A stretch of 37,840 nt of DNA from a virus (Duplodnaviria; Caudoviricetes), in the IMG/VR virus record IMGVR_UViG_3300023105_001410, positions 1 to 37,840 of that record; one strand, given 5' to 3'. Positions 8,566 through 17,353 of this stretch are shown piece by piece (position 1 is the first letter of the stretch; each line of letters starts with the position of its first letter). Below the pieces are notes generated by a model. The model was given only the letters and a program-made list of their open reading frames with translations. It was not told the DNA's origin and searched no databases. The position numbers and the translations under genes were made by a program.

Positions 8566-9551
8566 GTTTTTGCTCTCAACTTTATTTTAACTTCTGATTC
8601 TTCAGCAGCTGATACAATGCTGTGTAATGTATATAGCCTTCCGTATATCTTTACTGCGTCATTTATGTCTTTACAATCCTTTTGCCAGTCTGGCATACTA
8701 ATTTGCCATCCTAGTTGCATAGCCTTCATCATCATTTGCCTACCAGGATAATCTCTATCAGGTACATAAATTATTGGTTTATTTAATTTTTTAAGTAGCA
8801 TTTCTTGCTGTTTAGATATGCTTGCACCTAACAATGCACAACCTTCAACGTGTATTGCATCCAACGGACCTTCACACACTATGCAGAAAGCTTTGTTATA
8901 TCTTTGTTCGTCTAAATTAAACACAAACCCTGGTTGGACTTCTTGCATGTATTTTGGCTTATCTACATACTTTTGACTTTTGTCCCATTGTATAACTCTA
9001 GTAATATACCCTACTATGCGACCTTCATAATAAAATGGTACAATTAGTTTATCTTTGTATGTAGGATGTGGTGACCAATAATAATCTGTATCGTCTAAAT
9101 TTAAACATCTGTCTGCCATGTATTCTAGCACAGCCAACAAATCATCGTTGACTTCTTTAACATCTGCAATCTTTACAGCCTGTGGTGGCAAGTCTACAGT
9201 TTCAAATTGAGGTATCTGAACTTTAAATTCTTTAATATCTGCATTTTCATTTTGTCGTAAAATATCAAAAGAAATCTTTGTGATATCATCATCTGATATA
9301 TTAATCCACTGCATAAACAGTTTCATATTACGACTAAGAGGACGTCCAGGTTGCCAACTTGCTTTGAAACCACAGTTAAAGCAATGATAACTAATTCCGT
9401 CATCGGCTTGTATAATACCGCCACGTTTTCTTGTGTCAGGCTTATGTCCTCTTTCATAGCAGCAAGGTGCATTAAAGGAAGTCCAGCCACTAGGAGTTTT
9501 TTTCCTATTTGCCGGAATCGAGAACATAATTGTATCAACTAGTAAGCTCAT
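8541..9551 (-). CDS. gp61: DNA primase (T4 gp61-like)
   Basis: Zn motif FNAPCC...YHCFNCG; PKYM; TOPRIM CEGPLDA and PDRD; KDINDA. Confidence 0.88.
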   Translation of the reverse strand: MSLLVDTIMFSIPANRKKTPSGWTSFNAPCCYERGHKPDTRKRGGIIQADDGISYHCFNCGFKASWQPGRPLSRNMKLFMQWINISDDDITKISFDILRQNENADIKEFKVQIPQFETVDLPPQAVKIADVKEVNDDLLAVLEYMADRCLNLDDTDYYWSPHPTYKDKLIVPFYYEGRIVGYITRVIQWDKSQKYVDKPKYMQEVQPGFVFNLDEQRYNKAFCIVCEGPLDAIHVEGCALLGASISKQQEMLLKKLNKPIIYVPDRDYPGRQMMMKAMQLGWQISMPDWQKDCKDINDAVKIYGRLYTLHSIVSAAEESEVKIKLRAKTWFSLKNI

Positions 9552-9557
9552 GTTATT

Positions 9558-9586
9558 ATTATAGCGTATGAGCAGTACATTGTCAA
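9558..9586 (-). promoter_or_regulatory. Perfect consensus sigma70 promoter, leaderless
   Basis: TTGACA-17-TATAAT-6 nt-ATG(9551). Confidence 0.88.
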
Positions 9587-9594
9587 GTGGTTAA

Positions 9595-9708
9595 TTAGTA
9601 AATAAGTCCATATGTTATACACCATAATTCTAAAACTACTTTGTATGTCATATAAACACCTAGTGTGCCTAAAACAAAATAGCTAGAACGTTTTACGATA
9701 TCCAACAT
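9595..9708 (-). CDS. Small membrane peptide (37 aa); absent from the ORF track
   Basis: GGAGG SD 7 nt before ATG; MLDIVKRSSYFVLGTLGVYMTYKVVLELWCITYGLIY; hydrophobic. Confidence 0.6.
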   Translation of the reverse strand: MLDIVKRSSYFVLGTLGVYMTYKVVLELWCITYGLIY

Positions 9709-11086
9709 AAATGTTCCTCCCTCCTAATTCATAATTAGGAATAATTGTATATTTGTTATCAAAAATATCTTGTATAGTTAAAAACCAATCGCCAATATTA
9801 TAATTAAAATCGGCAGTGTTTACACCTATATCTGTCCATGTGTAGCTAAACCATTTGTAGTTTATCTTTGCTCTGTATTCTGCTACGTAAGGTTGATCCG
9901 AATCTGTGTAACCAAGTGTCAACCAATTGTTGCTGTAGCGTAGTCCTTGTGTGCTGTATGTGCCTGTGTTTACAAACTGTGCTAACTCCCAATCGTAGTT
10001 TATTCCTTCTTTGAAGTCATATCTAAATGCTGAGAAGTTACCATAACCTATATCAACACCCACAGACTCCTCTGGATCTAATAATGGATTAGCTGCTACC
10101 CAGGCATCGCCTTCCATTTCATAGTCAGTAGGACGTCTATAACCTGAGCCAATGCCCAATGAAAACTTGTCTACTTGTACGCCTACACGCACAACAGCGT
10201 GTCCGTCTATTGCTCGTGCTGAAAACTGTAGCTCGTCAAAGGGCTGATACAGTGCATATGCTTCTTCACCGTTGTTATATGTTACACCTATAGTCCAATC
10301 GTTGTATGTATTACGTGCATCAAAATACACGTTGTCTGCGTCTGATCTGTATGTCCTTTCGCCATTAGTGTAGAAGTCTGTGTTATTAAATGAGTATCCC
10401 AATGTAATATTATCGTTACGTATGGACACGTTGCCTGTCATGCCTCGTTGCTCACAATCATCTGTGCCCCAGCAGTCATCATAATCGTAGCTGTAGTCTG
10501 TTACTGCTATTGATACATAGTCATCCTTGTACCGTGCTGTGACGTTCTCGTATAGGTCTCGTTCGTTGTTTGTAGTCATTGCAGAGCCATTGTCACCATA
10601 GGCATAGGAGAAGTTCATACGTTTAGAGGAGGCTGATAGTAAAGCTGAATTAGTACCTGCCCTGATAGCATATCCTGGTTTGATATCATCTTCAATGAAT
10701 ACAGTTCCTCCTAGTGATCCTGAACCATACAATGTGCTGTTAGCACCATGTGATACTGTTACACGTTCCTGTCCAGTAGGAATAATATGTCCGAAGTCAT
10801 ACCAGCCTGTGCTAGGATCATTAACAGGCATACCGTTACGATATACTGTAGTGTGAATAGTTTGTGCTCCTCGCTCACGGAAACCAGCGAAGCCACCCAT
10901 GCCACCTTGAGTAAATGGCTGGTCGATACTTATTGTTTCTATAAGTGAAAAATCTAATTGTGTATTAGTTTCTATTGTGGTAGTCTTTGTACCGAGCACT
11001 ACAATTTCTTCAATTTCTTGTGCTTGTAGTGACACACAAAAAAAGGCAGCAAGTAAACCTGCCGCCGCGTTTTTATTTTTAATCAT
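9683..11086 (-). CDS. TonB-dependent outer-membrane receptor (BtuB-like), compact
   Basis: Signal peptide, TonB-box-like EEIVV, plug motifs RG...HTTVYRNGMPVND and HGANSTLYGSGSLGG, NPLLDPEES, C-terminal GRNIYVGYRKTF beta-signal. Confidence 0.85.
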   Translation of the reverse strand: MIKNKNAAAGLLAAFFCVSLQAQEIEEIVVLGTKTTTIETNTQLDFSLIETISIDQPFTQGGMGGFAGFRERGAQTIHTTVYRNGMPVNDPSTGWYDFGHIIPTGQERVTVSHGANSTLYGSGSLGGTVFIEDDIKPGYAIRAGTNSALLSASSKRMNFSYAYGDNGSAMTTNNERDLYENVTARYKDDYVSIAVTDYSYDYDDCWGTDDCEQRGMTGNVSIRNDNITLGYSFNNTDFYTNGERTYRSDADNVYFDARNTYNDWTIGVTYNNGEEAYALYQPFDELQFSARAIDGHAVVRVGVQVDKFSLGIGSGYRRPTDYEMEGDAWVAANPLLDPEESVGVDIGYGNFSAFRYDFKEGINYDWELAQFVNTGTYSTQGLRYSNNWLTLGYTDSDQPYVAEYRAKINYKWFSYTWTDIGVNTADFNYNIGDWFLTIQDIFDNKYTIIPNYELGGRNIYVGYRKTF

Positions 11087-11092
11087 AGAATT

Positions 11093-11120
11093 ATTATAAC
11101 ATTATTTTGTTATTTGTCAA
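11093..11120 (-). promoter_or_regulatory. Sigma70 promoter (extended -10), leaderless
   Basis: TTGACA-16-TATAAT with TG-n upstream of the -10, then 6 nt and ATG(11086). Confidence 0.82.
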
Positions 11121-11912
11121 TCAATTTCTTACTAAAATTTTTGTTATTTTATCTGTTGGATTTGCGTTTGTTTTAAACCGTAAATGACTAAACACACCAT
11201 TAAAATTTATTGGAGTTGGTTCGCCTTCGTCTCCTATAAAAGAAACCGTTTTTACATCTGCCCAATTTGTACCTTCTGTAATCTGATTGTCTAATGTAGC
11301 TTGAACTATTACATCGCCTATATATTCATTAGTATAGATTGCTGCTGTGTGTAATGCTTCGTTGCCATTGATTGCAGGTTCGGCTGTGACAGATTCGCTA
11401 ATATATTCGTCCGTTTGCGTGTTTACTTGTGTAAATGTATCTACACTATACGAGTTTTTTGGACCTGGAAAGGCAGATCCGTTTACATAAATTGTTGCAT
11501 CATTATCAAAATGACTATGACTATATGTAAGAACTTTATCTGCATTAGTATCTACTAGATACACATTGTATTTTAAATATTGTTGTTTCAAATTTATTAG
11601 ATCATTTTCAGTAATTGTAATATTAAATTTGCCCCTGCGTGTTGCTGAGCCGTCATCTATGACTACGCCGTCGTGTTCTATTACCAATGTGTTATTTTCG
11701 TCAAACGCTACAAACTTAGGTGTCATACTAGGTGAATTTAAATTTACACCTTTTTGATCTGCGTTAACTACTTTAAATTCTAGGACATTATCTATCCCTT
11801 TATAAACTTGTATTTGTCTACTGTACACTGGTCTATACTCCGTCATGAATCCTGAATCATTAGAAACAATTGTAATTTTATTTGAGACTAAATATCTAGG
11901 TATTAATTGCAT
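11121..11912 (-). CDS. Putative virion structural protein
   Basis: Beta-rich composition; TAAATA directly upstream. Confidence 0.5.
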   Translation of the reverse strand: MQLIPRYLVSNKITIVSNDSGFMTEYRPVYSRQIQVYKGIDNVLEFKVVNADQKGVNLNSPSMTPKFVAFDENNTLVIEHDGVVIDDGSATRRGKFNITITENDLINLKQQYLKYNVYLVDTNADKVLTYSHSHFDNDATIYVNGSAFPGPKNSYSVDTFTQVNTQTDEYISESVTAEPAINGNEALHTAAIYTNEYIGDVIVQATLDNQITEGTNWADVKTVSFIGDEGEPTPINFNGVFSHLRFKTNANPTDKITKILVRN

Positions 11913-11916
11913 AATG

Positions 11917-11922
11917 TATTTA
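11917..11922 (-). promoter_or_regulatory. Late promoter TAAATA 4 nt before ATG
   Basis: AATAAATACATT-ATG(11912). Confidence 0.65.
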
Positions 11923-11926
11923 TTTG

Positions 11927-12295
11927 ATGTTAACTAAAGATATACAAGATAACTTTCCATTTTTAAGCGTAGTAACTTACGGTGGCGCTGAATATATCGG
12001 CATCATTATAAATCAAGATTCTACAGTAACAAGCATGTATGTTTATACAGACTTACGTTCACAAGACGAACAAACAAAGTTTTTAGAGTTAGGTGATACA
12101 TGGTGGTGGGAGTCAAATAGACTTATCCCAATTAATATTTTCCTAAAAAATGAAATGATCCCTTTTAGATATAGTATTGTTACTATGAATACAAAAGATG
12201 TACGTGTTACAATAGGACCATGTGTCAACTTAGGCAATCTTAGTGTAAAAAGAGTAAAAAGAAAAAGTGTGCAATTAGTTCGCAAACCTAAGTAA
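11927..12295 (+). CDS. Hypothetical protein; plus-strand gene within a minus-strand block
   Basis: Fills the gap between minus-strand genes; WWWESNR motif; CTAAATAT at 11888-11895 upstream. Confidence 0.75.
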   Translation: MLTKDIQDNFPFLSVVTYGGAEYIGIIINQDSTVTSMYVYTDLRSQDEQTKFLELGDTWWWESNRLIPINIFLKNEMIPFRYSIVTMNTKDVRVTIGPCVNLGNLSVKRVKRKSVQLVRKPK

Positions 12296-12908
12296 AATAT
12301 TTTCCGTACTCTTCGTAGTCTTTTTTATAAATTTCTTTTATTAAAGGTACGGCCTTTTCCTTATAGATATTATTACATTTTTTTTCCTTTTTTGGCGTAG
12401 TATTTGCATGAATCAACGGAACATCTACACCACTAATTTCTTTAATCAAAGGAATAAATTCTGTGTTTATATTTTTACTGTCTAATATGCGTGTGTAGTC
12501 AGTAGTCGTGTGGTAATCTAACGCCAAATAAATAGGCATCGTATGCCAGTATATATCCTCTAAATTTGATTTAATATACTCTAGATTAATTACAAAATCC
12601 AAAAATGTTTTTATTTTAGGATTGCTAAGTCTAAATTTCTGATTCTCTATCTTCTTTAGATAATGGTTGACATATACACTAAATAATCTGTCTACTGGAT
12701 TTCTTATAATTGCTATTCTATGTGGAAAATCAGTGACTTTCATAGATAGTGGATCGAATGTTAAAGCTTGGGCTAATATCTTATTTCGCCCATGTTCTAC
12801 CATTTTCAATAGAGGATAATATGCTGCATGCAAAGCCGTTGAACTTGCGCATTTTAATACAGTGGCAAGTAATAATGTATTTCCATTTTGATAAGTTATT
12901 TTGTACAT
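12288..12908 (-). CDS. Sulfotransferase family 2 protein
   Basis: KCASST (5'-PSB-like) and IRNPVDRLFSVY (3'-PB-like) motifs; YKKDYEEYGKY terminus. Confidence 0.72.
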   Translation of the reverse strand: MYKITYQNGNTLLLATVLKCASSTALHAAYYPLLKMVEHGRNKILAQALTFDPLSMKVTDFPHRIAIIRNPVDRLFSVYVNHYLKKIENQKFRLSNPKIKTFLDFVINLEYIKSNLEDIYWHTMPIYLALDYHTTTDYTRILDSKNINTEFIPLIKEISGVDVPLIHANTTPKKEKKCNNIYKEKAVPLIKEIYKKDYEEYGKYFT

Positions 12909-12918
12909 TTACAATTTT

Positions 12919-13470
12919 TCAAATTTCACAAATTAAATTCATGTGTACAACTACTACCATTGCATAACTTATAGCATGTGCTTTCTTAAAATAATATTCA
13001 CCATTTGCCGGCTTCGTCCAAACTTCTTTCATTATCTCCGTCCATGTCTTCCCAATCAAATGTCTCTTCGCGGGTCGTATCATAGCAAGGACGGCAGCCA
13101 ATTGCTCCACGGAAGTAGGGCAAGTCTGTTTCAGAATTGATGTGTGGCCATTTAAATGAAATAGTTGATCCACGAACTCTTCGTGTTGTAAAAGTTCCCA
13201 TAACGGTTCTCTTTCCATAAGCTTTTGTAAGTGTTGTTCATCTTTTACATCTTTGTATATACTTACATTCAAGAAGTCAAGTTTAAAATAACCTCTATCT
13301 TCAGCGGTTTTGTAATTAATAGTAGACAAATTATCCACAGGATTATGCGGAATTTCAGTTACATACACTCCTGTATTATGTTTTTTTTCTGAGCTAATAG
13401 ATGCAACACGATGATGTATTTTTGACAATATATCATCTCTATCTGCAAAATCTATGTCAATATCAGGCAA
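12919..13470 (-). CDS. Minimal DnaE-family catalytic core ('mini-DnaE', 183 aa)
   Basis: MPDIDIDF, KHNTGVY, GYFKLDFLN, LAMIRP, YFKKAHAISYA in canonical DnaE order. Confidence 0.85.
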   Translation of the reverse strand: MPDIDIDFADRDDILSKIHHRVASISSEKKHNTGVYVTEIPHNPVDNLSTINYKTAEDRGYFKLDFLNVSIYKDVKDEQHLQKLMEREPLWELLQHEEFVDQLFHLNGHTSILKQTCPTSVEQLAAVLAMIRPAKRHLIGKTWTEIMKEVWTKPANGEYYFKKAHAISYAMVVVVHMNLICEI

Positions 13471-13960
13471 AATTTCTCTCCAACTTACGAGCTTTTTTAG
13501 TAGCCATGTCCCATTTTAATTTTGATACTCTGTCTTTAAATGTGATGCCTTGTAAATGATCGTATTCATGCAAGTAACACTTAGCACTATATCCCTCAAT
13601 TTTTACAACTTGTTCTTGTAAGTTTTCGTTGTACCATTTAGCTAGTATTTCTTTAGGTCTTTTAATTTTAACAAAAATATTAGGAAAACTTAAACAACCT
13701 TCAACATCTACTGTTGTATCTTTTGTATATTGTAGTATAGTTGGATTGATGCAAATTGTAGAATTTTCTTTGCTATCTCCAAACACAAATACTTGTGCAT
13801 CTAGTCCTACTTGATTTGCACTCAATCCTATACCGTTACTAGATAACATTAGATCAATCATTTGTTCCTTTAGTTCAATAGGATCAAATCCTGGATCTTC
13901 AAGATTTACATCTTTGACTTTTTTATCTAAAAACGGATCTGGATAATAAACTAAATTCAT
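13463..13960 (-). CDS. def: Peptide deformylase
   Basis: GIGLSANQVG, EGCLS, HEYDHLQG. Confidence 0.95.
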   Translation of the reverse strand: MNLVYYPDPFLDKKVKDVNLEDPGFDPIELKEQMIDLMLSSNGIGLSANQVGLDAQVFVFGDSKENSTICINPTILQYTKDTTVDVEGCLSFPNIFVKIKRPKEILAKWYNENLQEQVVKIEGYSAKCYLHEYDHLQGITFKDRVSKLKWDMATKKARKLERNFA

Positions 13961-14370
13961 AACTTGCCTTCTTGTCTTAACTGTGCTCTTATTTGTGTTG
14001 CACTAATATTATGTATCTCTTCACCTAAGTCATGTTGTGTAAATGTATAACCTACACCACGACCGTAGCTAATGTCAACTATGTTTGGTACAAATATTAT
14101 AACATATTCTTCGCCTTCTGTAAAGCCATGATTTGCTAATCCTTGTATGATATTTTGTGTAACTGTTTCTACATCAAATGGATTATCATCTTGTTTTGCT
14201 GTACGTCCGCCGCCAGCATCTTGGCCCACAATGCCTCCGACATCTCGGATCATAATACATACTTGACCTGTTTCTAATAGTGCTTTCTTAAATAGTGCTG
14301 TGTGGCCATCGTGCCACGGCTGCCATCTGCCCAGCATTTGTGCAGTAGGCTTTTTCCAATCAAATGCCAT
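13957..14370 (-). CDS. HxGH nucleotidyltransferase (cytidylyltransferase-like)
   Basis: GRWQPWHDGH, NPF, ISATQIR. Confidence 0.78.
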   Translation of the reverse strand: MAFDWKKPTAQMLGRWQPWHDGHTALFKKALLETGQVCIMIRDVGGIVGQDAGGGRTAKQDDNPFDVETVTQNIIQGLANHGFTEGEEYVIIFVPNIVDISYGRGVGYTFTQHDLGEEIHNISATQIRAQLRQEGKL

Positions 14371-14926
14371 TTATAATTTCCTCCACTAAAGGATATAATT
14401 TTTGTTGTCTTAATAATTTTTTTGCTATTCCGTGTCCTGTATCTGGTATAACTGTTTTGAAAATATTAGGAGCGTCTGGTATTAAATTTAAATGTTTCAT
14501 TTCGTAATATTCGTCGCCTTGAAAAAAATGGTATTGTGTAGTGTCATTAAATTGTAATTCTGTAAACTGCCATTCTGTTCCGTAGTAGGCAAACTGAGGC
14601 CATTTCTCTTTTACCCAAGGTATTACTCTTGCACTTACACTATAAACTGCTGCAAAAGATATAACAGCATCTACTCGTGTAACTTGAGCAAAGCAGTTTG
14701 CATTAAATGCACCTAAACTATTGCCAAGTGCAATGATCTTTTTGTAGTCTTTTACTTTGTCTATTAGCCCATCTACGTCCACATCATTAAAAAAACTTCT
14801 TTGGTGATCAATAAAGTGTAAACTATCAACGTGTGTCCAGCGTTTAATACTTTGAAATTCTTCTCCAGGAGGCTTTCCACGTTCCGTACCTACTCCCGCA
14901 AAACATACAACAATAGTATCATTCAT
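14360..14926 (-). CDS. Alpha/beta hydrolase-like protein
   Basis: GNSLG nucleophile elbow; C-terminal GHG. Confidence 0.55.
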   Translation of the reverse strand: MNDTIVVCFAGVGTERGKPPGEEFQSIKRWTHVDSLHFIDHQRSFFNDVDVDGLIDKVKDYKKIIALGNSLGAFNANCFAQVTRVDAVISFAAVYSVSARVIPWVKEKWPQFAYYGTEWQFTELQFNDTTQYHFFQGDEYYEMKHLNLIPDAPNIFKTVIPDTGHGIAKKLLRQQKLYPLVEEIINGI

Positions 14927-15128
14927 TATTTAAACCAAATTTAATATGTTTATACCATATTCTTTCATGTCCATAATACAGTACAAATTTAATTATTAGA
15001 TCTGTAACAAAAACGGCTCCTACTGCTTTTGGAGGCAATCCGAAAAACCAAGCAATAAATGCTGTCGTTATACTTGCAATTATACGCCAGGTTGTTGCTT
15101 TTGCTAAATGCCTACTTCTTGATACCAT
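14919..15128 (-). CDS. DUF2061-like small membrane protein
   Basis: RHLAKATTWRIIAS and LYYGHERIW motifs; a family commonly found next to cysC. Confidence 0.75.
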   Translation of the reverse strand: MVSRSRHLAKATTWRIIASITTAFIAWFFGLPPKAVGAVFVTDLIIKFVLYYGHERIWYKHIKFGLNNE

Positions 15129-15543
15129 TACGCTCCATAAAAGTTGTAACTACTGGAACTAATGCTTCGTGTGTATCAGTAAACCATTTTGAAACTCTAT
15201 AATCCCAATGTGCAGGCTCTACAAACATCTTGTTTGTATCTTCAAATCTACCTTCGTTGATTGTGTCCATCCACACAGTAAAGTCTGGGTTAAATTCCAT
15301 ACGTGCTTGTTCTGTAGGGCATACAAAGTCTGCCACAGCAACTTTGCCCGCCATTACAACACCATCAGCTAGATATCGCATACGTGCTGCTTGTCGCATA
15401 CGACCTTCTGGTGTAAAATCCCAGTCGTCATAATGTTTGCGAACAGCATCTGCATTAATGTGTATTCCGCTAATTAAATCAGCAAACGGTTTTGCCAATG
15501 TAGTTTTTCCACTACCTGGCAATCCGAATATCAATATTTTCAT
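15112..15543 (-). CDS. cysC: Adenylyl-sulfate (APS) kinase
   Basis: GLPGSGKTTLA, NADAVR, DFTPEGR.RQ, DFVCP. Confidence 0.78.
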   Translation of the reverse strand: MKILIFGLPGSGKTTLAKPFADLISGIHINADAVRKHYDDWDFTPEGRMRQAARMRYLADGVVMAGKVAVADFVCPTEQARMEFNPDFTVWMDTINEGRFEDTNKMFVEPAHWDYRVSKWFTDTHEALVPVVTTFMERNGIKK

Positions 15544-16238
15544 AACTTAGATTCCTTTGCAACGTCTTTAACTAATTGCACATCATTTGGCAATCTTTTA
15601 AAACGTAGTGCCCAATGTTCTGGATTAATAACATGATAAACTAATTCTAATTGTTCATCATTAAATTTACTTAGCATTTCTTTTCCGCTTGCACAATTAA
15701 GTATGAGCCAAGGCGATATCTTTCCGTCCTTAATATCCCACACTGCTCTATTTAAACTTACATGATAAAAATAATGATTCCACGGAGCAGTCTTGTCTTC
15801 TGCCCAATCCATCATTGTTTTTACTGAACGTTCAAGAGCCGTTGCTACATCTTCTTTAAGTATAAGTTCGAGTGCATACTTTTCATACATTGTTTCCTTG
15901 CACCAATGGTCTAGCTTGACACCGCTTGTGACCACATAATCGATATATCGTTCAGGATATAAAGGTTTAACATTACTGATAAAACTACCAAACTTGACAA
16001 AAGCATTATAGTAAGGAGATGAACAAAAGTCTTCGTAAGTTTTATCTTTTTTAGCACCTGCGCTTAGTTTATAAAATCTTTGGAATGCATAAAATCCGTG
16101 ACGTACACGTTTTTCATCTTTTTGTAAAGCCCTACGTTTCTTTTCGCACATATGCGCTGCAAGCGTTTTTTCTCTTACATAACCACTACCACAGTATTCG
16201 CATTTATATGGTTTTTCAGAGTTTGGCATCGATTCCAT
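15540..16238 (-). CDS. Hypothetical protein with N-terminal C2H2/C2HC-type zinc finger (start 16238 or 16229)
   Basis: EKPYKCEYCGSGYVREKTLAAHMC. Confidence 0.65.
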   Translation of the reverse strand: MESMPNSEKPYKCEYCGSGYVREKTLAAHMCEKKRRALQKDEKRVRHGFYAFQRFYKLSAGAKKDKTYEDFCSSPYYNAFVKFGSFISNVKPLYPERYIDYVVTSGVKLDHWCKETMYEKYALELILKEDVATALERSVKTMMDWAEDKTAPWNHYFYHVSLNRAVWDIKDGKISPWLILNCASGKEMLSKFNDEQLELVYHVINPEHWALRFKRLPNDVQLVKDVAKESKL

Positions 16239-16680
16239 ATTCTTCAGCCAACTCTTTGAGTTCTTTTTTTGTAAGTATTCTAGCAAGTAATTCTACCTCA
16301 TCTTGTTTCATATTAGGATATATCTGTTCGATAACTTTGATGCCTTTGCCATTGTCTGCACCTTTTTTCTTAAAACCTATCCAAGGATGAAACTCATTCT
16401 TGCCTGTGTTACCGCATTGACATAACAAGTACCACTGTAGTTTTGCTTCTTTGTTACCTAGTACTGCCCAGTTCTTGTTATAGTATTCATTTGTTTTAAA
16501 CACAGCAAGTTCTTGTTTTTCACGTGAACCTTTTACACTACTCATATATCTGTTGAGATTCCAAAGGTCGCCTTTGATCTCTTTCTGTCCTTCTTCACCT
16601 GCTGCATCATAAAGTTGACGCATTCCGCCATCTAGCGCAGGAATCATTTCTTTGAATAAATCAATGTGTTTGTTGGGCAT
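16216..16680 (-). CDS. Probable clamp-loader small subunit (T4 gp62-like)
   Basis: Size and pattern LNRYMS...NE...LQW..L...FHPWI.KK...Y resemble gp62. Confidence 0.5.
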   Translation of the reverse strand: MPNKHIDLFKEMIPALDGGMRQLYDAAGEEGQKEIKGDLWNLNRYMSSVKGSREKQELAVFKTNEYYNKNWAVLGNKEAKLQWYLLCQCGNTGKNEFHPWIGFKKKGADNGKGIKVIEQIYPNMKQDEVELLARILTKKELKELAEEYGIDAKL

Positions 16681-17353
16681 TCCACGTCTCTACATCTTCA
16701 GGAGTATTAATCTCAGTACCATTAAATTGTACACTCAAACAACCAATTTGCCAACCGTTTTTTAACCAGCGTAGTTGTTCAAGTTTTTCTACACGTTCTT
16801 CTTTTTCAATTTGCATATGGTTATAGCATTGAAGTGCATTCTTAGTGTAGCCATAAACACCTAAGTGCCATAAGCCATACCCTGTCATACCTCTACCAAA
16901 CCAAAGTGCAGAATCTCCTCCACGTACCATTTTTACTGAGCTAGGATCATTTTGTTTTTCTTCTGGCATATCAGTGTACACTGTGCTAATTTGGTAATGA
17001 TTGCCTAAACTAAACACACACTTTTCAACCATTTCTTGTGTTACGTCTGGCATATCACCTTGCACATTTATAAAGTAATCGTAGTCATCAAATTTTCTAC
17101 TGTACACAGCACCTGCACATCTTTCTGTGCCGTTTTCATAATTAGCAGTATCTATATAAACGCCTACGCCTGATGCTTGTGCTGCCTGTGCAATTAGCTT
17201 ATGGTCTGTAAGTACATATGTGTCATAGCCAAAATCTTTACATTTCTCTGCCACAGTTTGTATCATTGTTTTGCCGTTTAGCATTGTAAGCGGCTTTCCT
17301 GGGAAGCGAGTGCTTCCGTATCTAGCCGGTATAAGAATAGCTGATAATTTCAC
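16661..17353 (-). CDS. kdsB: CMP-Kdo synthetase (likely GTG start at 17353)
   Basis: IPARYGSTRFPGKPL, GTER, INVQGD.P, HLGVYGY, EKLEQLRWL, INTPED. Confidence 0.93.
   Translation of the reverse strand: MKLSAILIPARYGSTRFPGKPLTMLNGKTMIQTVAEKCKDFGYDTYVLTDHKLIAQAAQASGVGVYIDTANYENGTERCAGAVYSRKFDDYDYFINVQGDMPDVTQEMVEKCVFSLGNHYQISTVYTDMPEEKQNDPSSVKMVRGGDSALWFGRGMTGYGLWHLGVYGYTKNALQCYNHMQIEKEERVEKLEQLRWLKNGWQIGCLSVQFNGTEINTPEDVETWNAQQTH

Noticed and set aside
12919-13470. Split-intein (cyanobacterial DnaE-type) trans-splicing between the two DnaE-like ORFs
   Set aside because: No intein N or C motifs at either end, and the two proteins cover the same palm motifs rather than complementary halves
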